A stretch of DNA of 64,000 nt from Heteronotia binoei (Eukaryota): contig NC_083240.1 of assembly GCF_032191835.1 (NCBI RefSeq), positions 40,920,001 to 40,984,000 on the forward strand, in the 5' to 3' direction. Below the pieces are notes generated by a model. It saw nothing but the letters and a program-made list of their open reading frames with translations. It was not told where the DNA came from and ran no database searches. Each line of letters starts with the position of its first letter. Within the stretch, counting starts at the first letter, position 1. This document shows, piece after piece, positions 1-13,156 of this stretch. Both the position numbers and the translations under genes were made by a program.

Positions 1-696
1 TCCATCTAGCTTCCATGCAGCTCCTCCTTGCAACCTGAGAAATGTATATGCCTAGCGTAATTCTGGAGTGCTCTTTGGTGACATTACAGCAACAGGATTT
101 GCCTTATTTAACCTGCATAGGAACAAACATTGGGGCAGCTATTCCACAAATATTAATTCTATAGTGTGGCCTTGCAGGCTACCGTCTGAGTCAATTGCAA
201 ACGTTCACAAAAGGCAAACACTTCTGTAAATGTAACAACGCCTTCCATAAATATTTTACAAGATTGCTGGAAAGGTATTCTAGTTGCTTATGCGTGGTTA
301 GTGCTTTATATGTAGAGTTCAAACAATTGCTGTTAATTGTGCCAATGAAAACTGGCATTGGTTTTATGTCTGTTAGTAGCACTGTGGTGTTGTAAATCAA
401 AACCCTTGTTTGTTGAGGTTGCATTGTTGTATAATGGGTTAGTTTGTGCTCGACAGCCTCAGTTATATATGCCTGTTTCAACAACTTTGAGTTGCCCTAC
501 CGGAGCACTGTAGCAGAGATTTTCAGATTGATCATAGTGAGCCTGCTTATGTCAGGATTAAATTCCAGGTCCCTGGAGCTTCTGATATAGGCATTTTTGT
601 TTTTAAATTGGGGGAGGGGGGGTACTACTTGCAGTGATATAAACTTGCCTAGTTCTTGTCAGTATGCATGAGATCAAGTATTGAAATGTAGTTATT

Positions 697-1455
697 AGAA
701 GATGATGATATTGGATTTATATCCCACCCTATCCTCTGAATCTCAGCGTCTCAGAGTGGTCACAATCTCCTTTACCTCCTTCCTCCCCACAACAGACACT
801 CCGTGAGGTAGTTGGGGCTGCGAGAGCTCTCCCAGAAGCTGCCTTTTCAAGGACAACTCCTATGAAAGCTATGGCTGACTCAAGGCCATTCCAGCAGGTG
901 CAAGTGGAGGAGTGGGGAATCAAACCCGGTTCTCCCGGATAAGAGAGCTATGGCTGACCCAAGGCCATTCCAGCAGGTGCAAGTGGAGGAGTGGGGAATC
1001 AAACCCGGTTCTCCCAGATAAGAGAGCTATGGCTGACCCAAGGCCATTCCAGCAGGTGCAAGTGGAGGAGTGGGGAATCAAACCCGGTTCTCCCGGATAA
1101 GAGAGCTATGGCTGACCCAAGGCCATTCCAGCAGGTGCAAGTGGAGGAGTGGGGAATCAAACCCGGTTCTCCCAGATAAGAGAGCTATGGCTGACTCAAG
1201 GCCATTCCAGCAGGTGCAAGTGGAGGAGTGGGGAATCAAACCCGGTTCTCCCGGATAAGAGAGCTATGGCTGACCCAAGGCCATTCCAGCAGGTGCAAGT
1301 GGAGGAGTGGGGAATCAAACCCGGTTCTCCCGGATAAGAGAGCTATGGCTGACCCAAGGCCATTCCAGCAGGTGCAAGTGGAGGAGTGGGGAATCAAACC
1401 CGGTTCTCCCAGATAAGAGTCTGCGCACTTAACCTCTACACCAAACTGGCTCTCT
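697..1455 (-). mobile_element. tRNA-derived SINE (Squam3-like) expanded by an internal 79-bp tandem array
   Basis: Head on - strand gagccagtttggtgtag...ggtttgattccc (A/B boxes); same family as 10 other copies. Confidence 0.85.
865..1417. repeat. Minisatellite: 7 x 79-bp tandem units
   Basis: Units start at 865, 944, 1023, 1102, 1181, 1260, 1339; apart from one extra change at the start of unit 1 they differ at two positions. Confidence 0.97.
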
Positions 1456-2005
1456 TAGACATAGTTGGGTAGCAAATTCTGGAAAGCTCAGGGACTAGCA
1501 GGGTTTTCTAGGGGAGGAACAGGCACCAGCTTTTGGAGCTCTGGATTAACAGGGGCATCTGTTGACTGACTAGAACTGCTAACTCCAGGTTGTGAAATTT
1601 CTGGAGATTTGGTGCTGGAGCCCAGAAAGGGACGTCAGTGGGCATAAATGCCATAGAGTCCACCCTCCACAGCTGCCAGTTTCTCCAGCAAACTGATGAG
1701 CTGAGTTGTAATTCCATGGGATCCTCAGGCTCTACCTGGAGGCTAACGACTTTATAGCATGCTGGGTTTTTTCACATTTGGATTTTTGTACCTTTGGCAA
1801 TGGATTTAATTACAGTGTAACTGGTACATGATATGTGGAATCAAATACACTTACGATGGTCTGCTTCATTTTGTGAGCTGTGACATTACTGGAATCTCTT
1901 GGGTGAGATAGATTGGTTTCTGTGTCATTCATTCATCACTTGAGCTCAGGCTTTGGTGGACTTTGGAGCAAATTTCCGTGATCCACCAACAGAGCATATA
2001 GCAAG

Positions 2006-2199
2006 CAGTGTTCCCTCTAAGCTGAGTTAGCATGAGCTAGCTCACAGATTTTTAGCCTCCAGCTCACACATTTTTGTCTTAGCTCAGGAAGGATGACCCC
2101 AGAGCACACTAATTTATGCAGTAGCTCACAACTTTAATGCCAGTAGCTCACAAAGTAGATTTTTTGCTCACAAGACCCTGCAGCTTAGAGGGAACATTG
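2006..2199. mobile_element. hAT MITE family 1 (TIR cagtgttccctctaagctg)
   Basis: TIRs plus perfect 8-bp TSD atagcaag; siblings at 38004-38193 and 51791-51974. Confidence 0.9.
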
Positions 2200-2746
2200 A
2201 TAGCAAGATGTCTGCAGCAGTTAACAGTAGTAGTAGTTAATTTTGAAGCCACTATCTGAAGCTTTCCTGGGCTAGAGTTAATTTTAGGGCAAATGTAATG
2301 CAGCACCATGGTTAACCCTGCAAAGGGAAAGCAGGGTGGAGGGGGATTTATGTGGGGAAAAGGAAGAAAAATCAGATGCATATAAGGCCTACGTATAAAA
2401 GAATTTTTCACATGCATTGCCTACGTTTTTAGCATAAGAGTGTTGCAACTCTGTATTGTAGGCTACTGTGTGATTGGTTAACAGTGCAGTCTGATAGAGA
2501 GTGCCAAGTCCTTATGCTGCTGCTTAGAGGGTTTGGCAGCTCTCCTGTAGAATACTGTGGACTTTCCACAAAAGTCTAATGTGAGAATTTCTATCTCATG
2601 CCCTCTGTCCATGTTTATACAAGTTCTGTAGGCAGCTAACCTTGCAGTGGCGCCAGCCTTGCAGTGACAAGCAAAAAAAACCAAGCAGGCTTTAAAAAAA
2701 TGATTCTTGTGTATACTGATGCAGTAATTTTTTTGTTTTGTTCTAG

Positions 2747-2796
2747 GGTCACTTAAGTGAAAGCATGGACCATGGAGGAGTTGGCCCATATGACCT
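2747..2796 (+). CDS. RPS6KB1: S6K1 coding exon 2 (GHLSESMDHGGVGPYD-L)
   Basis: ttctag| acceptor, |gtaagt donor; 50 nt; translation matches recalled S6K1 GQLNESMDHGGVGPYEL. Confidence 0.96.
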
Positions 2797-5361
2797 GTAA
2801 GTTCTTACACTGTACTTAATTCATGTAAAGGAGCTGGAAAATAAACGCCACCTTCTTGAGGCAAGATGGCAGTTTAATGACTTCTGTGACCTGATCCTGA
2901 CTTGAAATCTCGTGGTGGTCAGAAAACCACAGCTGTTGAAGAATAGGTGTCATTATTTGAACTGTACTGTATGAGAATGCCTTCAATAAACTTTCAGGAA
3001 GACTTTTCAGCCAGTTCTTATGTCTGTTTTCTAATGATAACAGCCCTGATAACTAGGTACTTTTACTGAATAGTTTTAGGACAGACTGACCTCCACTCTG
3101 AGTTCTGCTTGAGGTACACCAAGGGGGTTAGTAGTTTTCAGGACAGCACATTTGACCCAAGATTTGTCAATTGCTTATCTTTGTCTGCAGTGTCGTAACT
3201 CACTATGCAGGCACACAGTGGGCTTTATGTCTAAAGGTTACGGGTTAAATTTTCTTGCTGATCCTACAAGGAAGGAATGAACGGAATCTCCACTGTGGCA
3301 TTCAGAGATGTGGGTTGGAAAATTTCACAAAATAAAACAAAATTCCAGAATGCTTTCTTGTTCTTTACTTTTACAGATTCACAGTTTCATAACACTAACA
3401 GTGAATGGATGCCATTGCCAAAACAATATTAGGCAGGCTTGGAAGTTTTAAAGTCGTAATTAATGATTTTTGAGCGCCTATCCCTAGGAAGTATGTGAGA
3501 ATGCTTGTATATTTTATGGATTTGTATACTGGGGTGTGGGAGGATAGAACCACAAATAGGTAAAATAATCCAAATATGCATACAGGTCAAATCAAACCCA
3601 AATGCAAAATTTTTATTTGTGACTCTCTTCATATGATGGAAGGGATGTTGTAATCACCAGTCTGATATAGAACTTTCAAGTAATACATCTGTTGAAGTGC
3701 CCCAGTGAAATCCAGGGATAAGAGTTAAGTTCTGTTGAAATAAATGAGTGAGCAGCCATGGGCACATCATGTACAGTTCTCTGGGTGTGCTAAAATCAGA
3801 ATCTCAACAGTTTCCATCGCCATTGCTTTTTCCTGTAAATTAAAGCCATGTAACAGAAGTGCAAACTATTTTTATATACATTATTCCAATAAAAATTTCC
3901 CCATAAAGATTTTAATTACTTTGAATATAACAGTTAAATCACATTTGATATATCTGTCTAATCAAATATTTCAATTCAAATATTTGTTGTTATTGGGAAG
4001 TAAAATGTATGTGATCTTCTAAATTCTGTTTACTAAGGATAAACCAAAGTAAACACGCTAAATCAGTTTGTGCTCTAGGACATCATAATTTCCAAATGTG
4101 ATTTTCCCAGAAAATCCACACCACAGATTATGTTTAATCCTTAGTCTAGAAATTCTGAAGGCTCTCCTCTTTGTATTCACAGATTACAATACAGCATGAC
4201 TTGTGCAGCTGAATATTGGTTAGTAACAAATAGATAAGAGTAACAAATAGATTTGTGCATAACTCCTAGCTTGCTACATCCCTTCTTTTCTCCATCTCCC
4301 AACATGGACAAAATCATCCTTAGAATGCCCTCTCTGTGACTGTAAGGGACGCTATTACTAAGGGAAAAAACAACGCTGCAGTTTATAAATATGAGTGGGC
4401 ATGAACTGGCTGACAAACTAAAGTCCATCACAAATTTTGGCCAGTTTGTGGTTCACGAAGCAATATTCATGAACGTAAGAACCGCCATGAACTTTCATGA
4501 ATTTCGATGCCGTTTGTGGCGGCTTGTGAAGAGCAGAAAGCAGGGTGTCATGAAAAAAAACAACTGTTTGGTTTAAATAGCAGAGCCATTGCTTTCTGCT
4601 TCTTGTGAAAAGCCATGGGGAGCAGATAGCAGGGGTTTAAGCTTTAAATGGCTTATGAACTAGTTTAGTTTGCAAACCAGCATGTCGGTTCGTGGCTCAG
4701 CTGCGAATGAACTGCAAAAGTGCAGTTTGTGCTCATCCCTATTTGTAAATTCAGGCATTAGGAGAAATTGCAATCAGTATAAACTGCAGCTAGCAGAGCC
4801 AGCTATAAGTCTTAGATTGAAACCCCAACTTGGTGCAGAATCAACTTTGGTTGGATTTTGCAGCTAATCAGGGTTTGATCAAACCATAGTTTATTATTAC
4901 GTCTGAACACAGCTTGCGTATCAGGATCTTCTTTTTCATTCCCGTGTTGTCCCATTTGTTTCTTTTCCCACTGCCATACTTTTCCCCAGAAGGTGAACAG
5001 TTTTATCAAAAGAGGGAAGTGGTGCTCGATTCATATGTACAGCGTTCTTCTATATATTGTGTAAGGAAGTCTGGATTGGAGAGATATATAATTTTTCCAC
5101 TAGCTGGAAGTTGCTAATTTGAGCATCTTTTGTATGTAGGTTAGTGGCCACAGTTGGCATTTGTCAAATACATACAAAATATCTTCAGATGAAAGATCTG
5201 AACTTATGGACTGCCTTTTGCTAGAAGGCACTGTGTCACTTAATATTTCCTTTATGGTTCAGTGCTTCAGGGTTTTTTTTTTTCCCTGCAGGGTTCACCT
5301 TTTACCTCTGGTTAGACTATTGTTAATAGACCTAGCATTATTTTAAAGACTGCCCTACTGA

Positions 5362-5544
<183 letters not shown>

Positions 5545-6818
5545 TAAGGCCCAGGGGCTGGAACTGGCTCATCCAGCACTCTTATCCAGCCAGCGAGTAG
5601 CTGGTGTGAGGGAGGGGACAGGAGGCTGCTGGGGGGGGGGGGTGGAGCCACTCTAATTGTGGCTTCAGCACAGCAGAACAACCTTGTCTGCAGCAGTCAG
5701 GCAGAACCTCTTTGATACAGTGGCAGCTTCACCCGTAAGTTGGGAGCCACCACAGCTGCATTCATGGCAGTTCAGGGTTCCAAGGCAAGGCCACGCATCT
5801 CTCTGCTCAGCCTGCAGCTCCAGGGATGCTGTCCCAGATGGCCATGAGGATCAGTGTTTGCATGTGGCAACCGCCACTGCCATATTGGCCTCTCCCTCAT
5901 GCAGCAGCTGTGCTTTAGGCCATAGAGGGGTGTTCTTCAGCAGGTTCTTCCACACATGAGGGGGTCTAGTCCTGTCACTGAGTACGGGCCTCTCTCCCCC
6001 TTGGACCACCCGGTGGCCTTCAGCCATAGGCAGCTGCTACCTCATGGGGGGGGGGGTGTGCCAGCGATCTCTGATTATACTGGTCACTGTTTGGCCTGGG
6101 ACCTCTGCCACTTGTGTGGCTGCCCCCTCCCTCAGATGATCTGGAATCCTTTGGCCTAGGGCAGGTGCTGTTGCATGGGGTGGCACGGCTTGCTGACAAT
6201 CTCTGGCTTGAATCCCCTGCATCACCCCACCATGGATTGTCTGGCATGCTTGGCCTGCCACCACACAGGCATCTCTGGCTTGTTGAGCTTTGCTTGGCCC
6301 ACTCTGCACATGTCCATAGACCTGGGCTACGGCCCCCACTTCCAAAGGCAGGGGAGATAGCGCAGTGTCTTTCCAGTTCCCTTCCATGGCAGCTTCGGAG
6401 CAGACGGGAGTTCACACAGCACTGGCAGCAGGAGTGAGCTGGGTAAGGGATTCACATCCCCCTCCAGGCAGTTTGGGTGCCTTTGCCCAGTACTGCAGTG
6501 TTGGGGCTCCAGTCTGCCCATGCAGGATTTCCTCTGTACCCCCTTCCCCTCCCCCAGCCCATGGGGCGTTGCAATGAAGACATGCCACCTTGGAGCTTAC
6601 CAGCTGCTGTCCTTTATAAAGTATCTCCAATAGCTGGCAGAAGGTTTTATGGCACACGTGGCTTGTCTCGACAGAGTCACATTTATGTCAGATCTGGCCC
6701 TTGTAACAAAGGAGTTCAGGCTTCTGATCTATATTCTCAAGAGATTGCAAGCATTCCTCATCGACCACCCCACCCCCTGCAGTGTTTCTCAGCATCTTGC
6801 GACAGCTCCTTTTCCTCA

Positions 6819-7095
6819 TGATGATGATGATATTGGATTTATATCCCGCCCTCCACTCCGAAGAGTCTCAGAGCGGCTCACAATCTCCTTTATCTTCCTC
6901 CCCTACAACAGATACCCTGTGAGGTGGGTGGGGCTGAGAGGGCTCTCACAGGAGCTGCCCTTTCAAGGACAACCTCTGCCAGAGCTATGGCTGACCCAAG
7001 GCCATTCCAGCAGGTGCAAGTGGAGGAGTGGGGAATCAAACCCGGTTCTCCCAGATAAGAGTCCGCACACGTAACCACTATACCAAACTGGCTCT
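6819..7095 (-). mobile_element. Squam3-like tRNA SINE
   Basis: Full-length match to the other copies. Confidence 0.88.
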
Positions 7096-7386
7096 CTGGC
7101 TATGAAGTCTAGCCGGAGAGCTTGTCCCATTTCCTGAAGTTGATGTGCTGGGTGCTTATTTTCCTAACGCAGTGTGGCGTGGCTCTTAGATGCTTGTATG
7201 TTGGTGTCCGCATAGCAAAGCCAATTCTTTGTTGTCAGCACTAATCCACGGTTGCTTTCAGAAGAACATGCATTCTCAGAGGAATGTGAGCTGTGCTGTG
7301 GTAGATAGAAAATAAACTCAGGCTGGTTCTGGTTTAGTCCACAGGTGACTTCAAATCATTAACTCCTCATTTTTGCTACTCCCTAG

Positions 7387-7599
<213 letters not shown>

Positions 7600-8011
7600 T
7601 AATGAACAATTGTGCTGAACGCTTCTGAGTAGCTTGCCTAGTTCTTTATTTTGAACCCCTGCTTAGTTGTGTTTAGAGCCCATCTCATGAGCAAGGGAGC
7701 GCAGATAGATGCTTAAGCTAATAAATGGTCTTATTTATTGCTGACTACACTACAGCAGAATAGCAGATTCTGCAGAATCCTAGACATGCATTTTTAAGGG
7801 TCAGCTAATGCTCAGTACCTCTTTTGAAACAAATTCCTATACCTGCGATCCAGCTGAAGGAATTGAAAGATGGAGCCACATATTTGCTTCATGCAGGATT
7901 TTGGTCAAGAAGGCAGAGAGGGAATACAAGGAGGAGGATTTTTTGAGGGGGGAATCTGTAATTGAAAGGGGGAGGAAAAAGTCTGTGAAATCCAGCTGAA
8001 TGATGAGATAA

Positions 8012-8355
8012 TTATGAACATATGAAGCTGTCTTATACTGAATCAGACCCTCATTCCATCAAAGTCAGTATTGTCTACTCAGACTGGCAACGGCTCTCCC
8101 AGGTCTCAAGCTGAGGTTTTTCACGCCTACTTGGCCTGAAGTCTTTTTAGTTGGAGATGCTGGGGATTGAACCTGGGACCTTTTGCCTTCTACTGAATCA
8201 TACTCTCAGGGGTCCATCAAAGTCAGTATTGTCTACTCTGACGGGCAGCAGCTCTCCAGGGTCTCAAGCTGAGGTTTTTCATGCCTACTTGCCTGGACCC
8301 TTTTTTAGTTGGAGATGCCAGGGATTGAACCTGGGACCTTCTGCTTAACAAGCAG
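8012..8355 (-). mobile_element. Second tRNA SINE family (Squam2-like), partial tandem dimer
   Basis: Matches 24063-24270, 40745-40955, 61112-61315; tail ...cagtataaggcagcttcatatgttc. Confidence 0.8.
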
Positions 8356-8502
8356 AAGCTCTGCCGCTGTCCCTCCCCAAATTAGAGGGGCAATGGAAGG
8401 CACCTGGAAAGCGAGAAGGCCACTGCAATGCCGTGGTTAGAGCAGTAGGCTTGGGCTGGGAGAATGATGCTGAAATCCTAGCTCGCTGGGTGACCTCTAT
8501 CG

Positions 8503-8638
8503 CAGGGGTGGCCAACGGTAGCTCTCCAGATGTTTTTTGCCTACAACTCCCATCAGCCCCAGCCAGCACGGCCAATGGCTGGGGATGATGAAAGTTGTAG
8601 GCAGAAAACATCTGGAGAGCTACCGTTGGCCACCCCTG
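8503..8638. mobile_element. Palindromic hAT-type MITE (caggggtggcc...ggccacccctg)
   Basis: Near-perfect 136-bp fold-back; sibling at 53422-53556 has an 8-bp TSD. Confidence 0.85.
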
Positions 8639-8885
8639 CATTGCATTACAATCCCAGCCTACGTCCGAGGAACTGAGGGCATGACATGTGGTTCTCTCTC
8701 ATTCTACTCTCTCAGCAATTCTCTGAGGTTATTTTAGGCTGAGAGTATGGTAGTGGGCCACCTGTCAGTCTCATGGCAGGGTGAGAATTTGAACCCCGGT
8801 CTCCCCAGTCTGGTCATTATTTTGCACTGACTGATGCAAGCTTAGCCTTCCTTACAGGGTTGCTAGGATAAAATGGGCACGCCCC

Positions 8886-9737
8886 CAATTGATGGAACCA
8901 ACTCCCGGAAGACGTAAGAGCCTTGTGGGACCTTGCCCAGTTCCGCAAGGCCTGTACGACAACTCTGTTTCGACTCGCCTTCGACTAATAGTGGTATCCA
9001 ACTCTCTTCCGGCTAGCCCACACCTAACTGATGAGAAACTAAATGTAGCTTTACCAGACTCCTGTTATATAAGAACATAAGAACATAAGAGAAGCCATGT
9101 TGGATCAGGCCAACGGCCCATCAAGTCCAACACTCTGTGTCACACAGTGGCAAAAAATGTTATATACACACATACACTGTGGCTAATAGCCACTGATGGA
9201 CCTGTGCTCCATATTTTTATCTAAACCCCTCTTGAAGGTGGCTATACTTGTGGCCGCCACCACCTCCTGTGGCAGTGAATTCCACATGTTAATCACCCTT
9301 TGGGTGAAGAAGTACTTCCTTTTATCCGTTTTAACCTGTCTGCTCAGCAATTTCATCGAATGCCCACGAGTTCTTGTATTGTGAGAAAGGGAGAAAAGTA
9401 CTTCTTTCTCTACTTTCTCCATTCCATGCATTATCTTGTAAACCTCTATCATGTCACCCCGCAGTCGACGTTTCTCCAAGCTAAAGAGTCCCAAGCGTTT
9501 CAACCTTTCTTCATAGGGAAAGTGCTCCAGCCCTTTAATCATTCTAGTTGCCCTTCTCTGCACCTTCTCTAAAGATATATATTCTGTTGTGATGTTTAAT
9601 GTTTCTAAGGTTTTAAATGTTTTAAATGCTTATATATTTAAATGTTAGTCTAATTTTATGTTTGACTCTTTGTTGTAAGCCGCCCTGAGCCACTTTGTGG
9701 GAAGGGCGGGATATAAATAAATAAATAAATAAATAAA
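8886..9737 (+). mobile_element. L2-clade LINE 3' end interrupted by a CR1 insertion
   Basis: WNQLPEDVRAL...FRKAC frame at 8886-9000; tail tgtaagccgccctgag...gggatat(aaat)n at 9670-9737. Confidence 0.7.
9069..9570 (-). mobile_element. CR1 LINE 3' fragment
   Basis: ORF 9183-9563 QRRATRMIKGLEHFPYEERLKRLGLFSLEKRRLRGD; (ttcttatg)n tail. Confidence 0.95.
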
Positions 9738-10125
9738 GTATATGAGGGCTGAAGACACTGGAAATTAATGACACTAGCACCAAATTGTTTTAATCGTTTA
9801 CTGTTTAACCTGTCCAATGTTTTAACTGTTAAAAGTTTGGAATTGTAATGTTTTTATTGTTGTGAGCTGCCCTGAGCCTGCTTCGGCAGGGAAGGTGGGA
9901 TAGAAATCCAATAAATAAATAAATAGCTGCTGAAATGTCCCTGCCCAGGAATTAAGATCCCAGAGAGAGGCCCTCCTGACTTCCCCATCAATCAAAGAAG
10001 CTCATTTGGGCACACGAGCGAAGACCTTTTCGGTGACTGTTATGGAAAAATCTCCCTAGAGAGGTGTGGCTTGCCCCGCACACTTCAGGAGGCCACTTAA
10101 GACGGTTTTATTATTAAATTGTGAT

Positions 10126-10225
10126 GAACAAAGCAGGAGTCAAGCGCACCTTTAAGACCAACCAATTTTTATTTAGAACGTAAGCTTTCGTGTGCTCTTA
10201 AGCACACTTCATCAGACGAGGAATC
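10126..10225 (-). mobile_element. Penelope-like terminal repeat fragment
   Basis: cacctttaagaccaac...taagctttcgtgtgc...cttcatcag; same family as the fold-back elements. Confidence 0.75.
10179..10218 (-). ncRNA. Minimal hammerhead ribozyme motif
   Basis: - strand: cgt CTGATGA a gtgtgc-ttaaga-gcacac GAAAGCTT acg. Confidence 0.75.
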
Positions 10226-10526
10226 CAGCACACCTGACATCTAAATTATGGTGTTCAGTGTCATGCCTTGAGCTCTGTAAGGAAGAAAGGTAGCTCCTAA
10301 GTATTTTAAATAAGAGGCCGGTTAAAATTGCAATATATTTAGTCTTTGTCTGGGATGCTCTGCACCAACCCTTGGTCCAGAAGTCCTCTTCCTGTTGTCC
10401 CTGTTCCTTCATTGCGTCCACCACCACCTGCTAGCATCTGCAGTTACCGGTGATTTGATTTGGAAATCATGGAGGTTGATTGGTGGGGTCTTACCATTTG
10501 ATAAGGGCATGGTTTCGATTCCGTAG

Positions 10527-10853
<327 letters not shown>

Positions 10854-11134
10854 TAGTTTATTCTTGCTCCAGCACGACTTACTTTTCATGTGGCCTTTCC
10901 TTCTAAAAGTAGTAATAGTAATAGAATTTTATTGCAGGAGGTCTAAGACTGTAACTATATAATGATAGCTGCCCAAGCAGTAATAAATGTTACAGTAAAA
11001 ACAGAACAAAGGTGTTTTTTTTTTTTAAAAAAAAGATAAAATTGTTAGGACCAGGACATAGTGGAGTATACAGCAGGTTGAACATCAGTGCAGAAGTTTT
11101 GCACAGATCTTCTTGGCATCATATAGGTGATATA

Positions 11135-11430
11135 AGAGCCTTATGGCGCAGAGTGGTAAAGCTGCAGTACTACAGTCGGAGCTCTCTGCTCACGACCTGA
11201 ATTTGATCCTGGCGGAAGCTGGGTTCAAGTAGCCGACTCAAAGTTGACTCGGCCTTCCATCCTTCCGAGGTCGGTAAAATGAGTATCCGGCTTGCTGGGG
11301 GGAAAGCGTAGATGACTGGGGAAGGCAATGGCAACCCACCCCATAAAAAGTCTGCTGTGAAAACGTCGTGAAAGCAACGTCACCCCAGAGTCAGAAACGA
11401 CTGGTGCTTGCACAGGGGACTACCTCTTCC
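11135..11430 (+). mobile_element. Sauria SINE (Squam1)
   Basis: tggcgcagagtggtaa A box; core gttgactcggccttccatccttccgaggtcggtaaaatgagta; tail acaggggactacct. Confidence 0.9.
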
Positions 11431-11581
11431 TCTAAGCTGAGGTAGATGATTTTGTCTGCCACAAAGGGGGGAACAAGCGACAAACCAAGTACCCAAGAGC
11501 TAAGTGCGAGCAGCTGTAGTGTTGCAACAAAACAAACAGCATATTTCTAACCGTTTTTTCCCCATTCTCGCTTCATTGTAG

Positions 11582-11639
11582 GAGGAGAACTGTTCATGCA
11601 GTTAGAGAGAGAAGGGATATTTATGGAGGACACAGCTTG
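11582..11639 (+). CDS. RPS6KB1: S6K1 exon 6 ([20 protein letters not shown])
   Basis: ttgtag| and |gtaaga; 58 nt; phase fits neighbours. Confidence 0.98.
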
Positions 11640-12375
11640 GTAAGAAAAATGTGCTATGCTTTTGATTTATAATACTAATCTGTGCAGAACAGTGGTTTGT
11701 CCTGAGCATTCTGTCTGCGGAAGGAAAGGGAGTGAATCGAGTTAGTGGCATTACAGCTATTCAGAGAGTCCCAGGGACCTTCCAGATGCAGCAGACTCCT
11801 TGTTGTTTAAGATGTTGGGAGGACATGGTGTCTGGGAACCAAAGATGTACTCTGGATGTGCCTGGTGACCTGCGTTTCTTAAGGGCTGGGCTTCTTTGTA
11901 TACCTGCTTGCCCATGCCGTAGCCCAGGGATTCCCAGCATGGGCCATCGGTGAGGAGAGAGAAGGCTATTGAATGCCAAGCAGTTCTTCTCTTTCTCTCT
12001 GCTGGCCAGTAATCTCACCCAGATCTCCACTACAGCCCTCAGGTGAAAAGCCAAGGGACAAAGATCCCTTTGGGTTGTGCCTCTGGGCACACCCGGGCCT
12101 GAAATAGCAGTGACTAGAGGAGAACAAACCCAACAAGATGTTGTTTAGTGGCTGCCAGCTGTCGCCCTAGCAGGGTCTCAAGTGCATCCACTTAAGAAAG
12201 TAATCCCTGCTCCTTTGCTGCGTTGCAACCTGTAGAATCAAAAGAATCCCCCCCCCCCCGCCGCCCCCCGCTTTGCACTGCATGAGATGCAGGAATAAGT
12301 TTCCGGTGGGGATTGGACAATATGGATTACAGCAGGTTGACCCTGCCTTAAAAGCTGCTACTGCTGAAGGATCAG

Positions 12376-12655
12376 AAGTAGAAGACAGCAGATTTATTCC
12401 GCACCCTTCTCTCTGAATCAGAGACTTAGAGCGACTTACAATCTCCTATATCCTCTCCCCCCCCACAACAGTCACCTTGTGAGGTGGGTGGAGCTGAGAG
12501 GGCTCTCCTAGAAGTTGCCTTTTCAAGGACAACTCTTGCGAAAGCCATGGTTAACCCAAGGCCATTCCAGCAGCTGCAAGTGGAGAAGTGGGGAATTAAA
12601 CCCGGTTCCCTCAGATAAGAGTCCGCACACTTAACCACTACACCAAACTGGCTCT
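12376..12655 (-). mobile_element. Squam3-like tRNA SINE
   Basis: Match to sibling copies. Confidence 0.88.
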
Positions 12656-12848
12656 TTTTCTTTGTGCACTCTGAACCACATACTGGATTAAGCTTAACAG
12701 AATTGGTATGATGTCTGAATTGGCAATGCTTGGAATGGGATCACATGGCAAACCGGACTCTGAAGCCATGGCTTGTGGCTCAGTGGGATGAACTGACTGT
12801 CACTTCTCTGGATACGTGCACCATGAGATGGAAGCGCTGAGCAGGTAG

Positions 12849-13088
<240 letters not shown>

Positions 13089-13156
13089 TAGAACTGCAGC
13101 TACCAGTTCCTTATTTGTTATGTCTTTAAACAGTTACACCCTATAGCTTTCACAAG

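Noticed and set aside
912-1416. Repeated 62-aa ORFs (MGNQTRFS...)
   Set aside because: They are translations of the SINE tandem units with non-ATG starts, and the same peptides recur in every SINE copy.
865-1417. CRISPR-like array
   Set aside because: The units are contiguous with no unique spacers, are part of a SINE, and there are no cas genes; the context is vertebrate.
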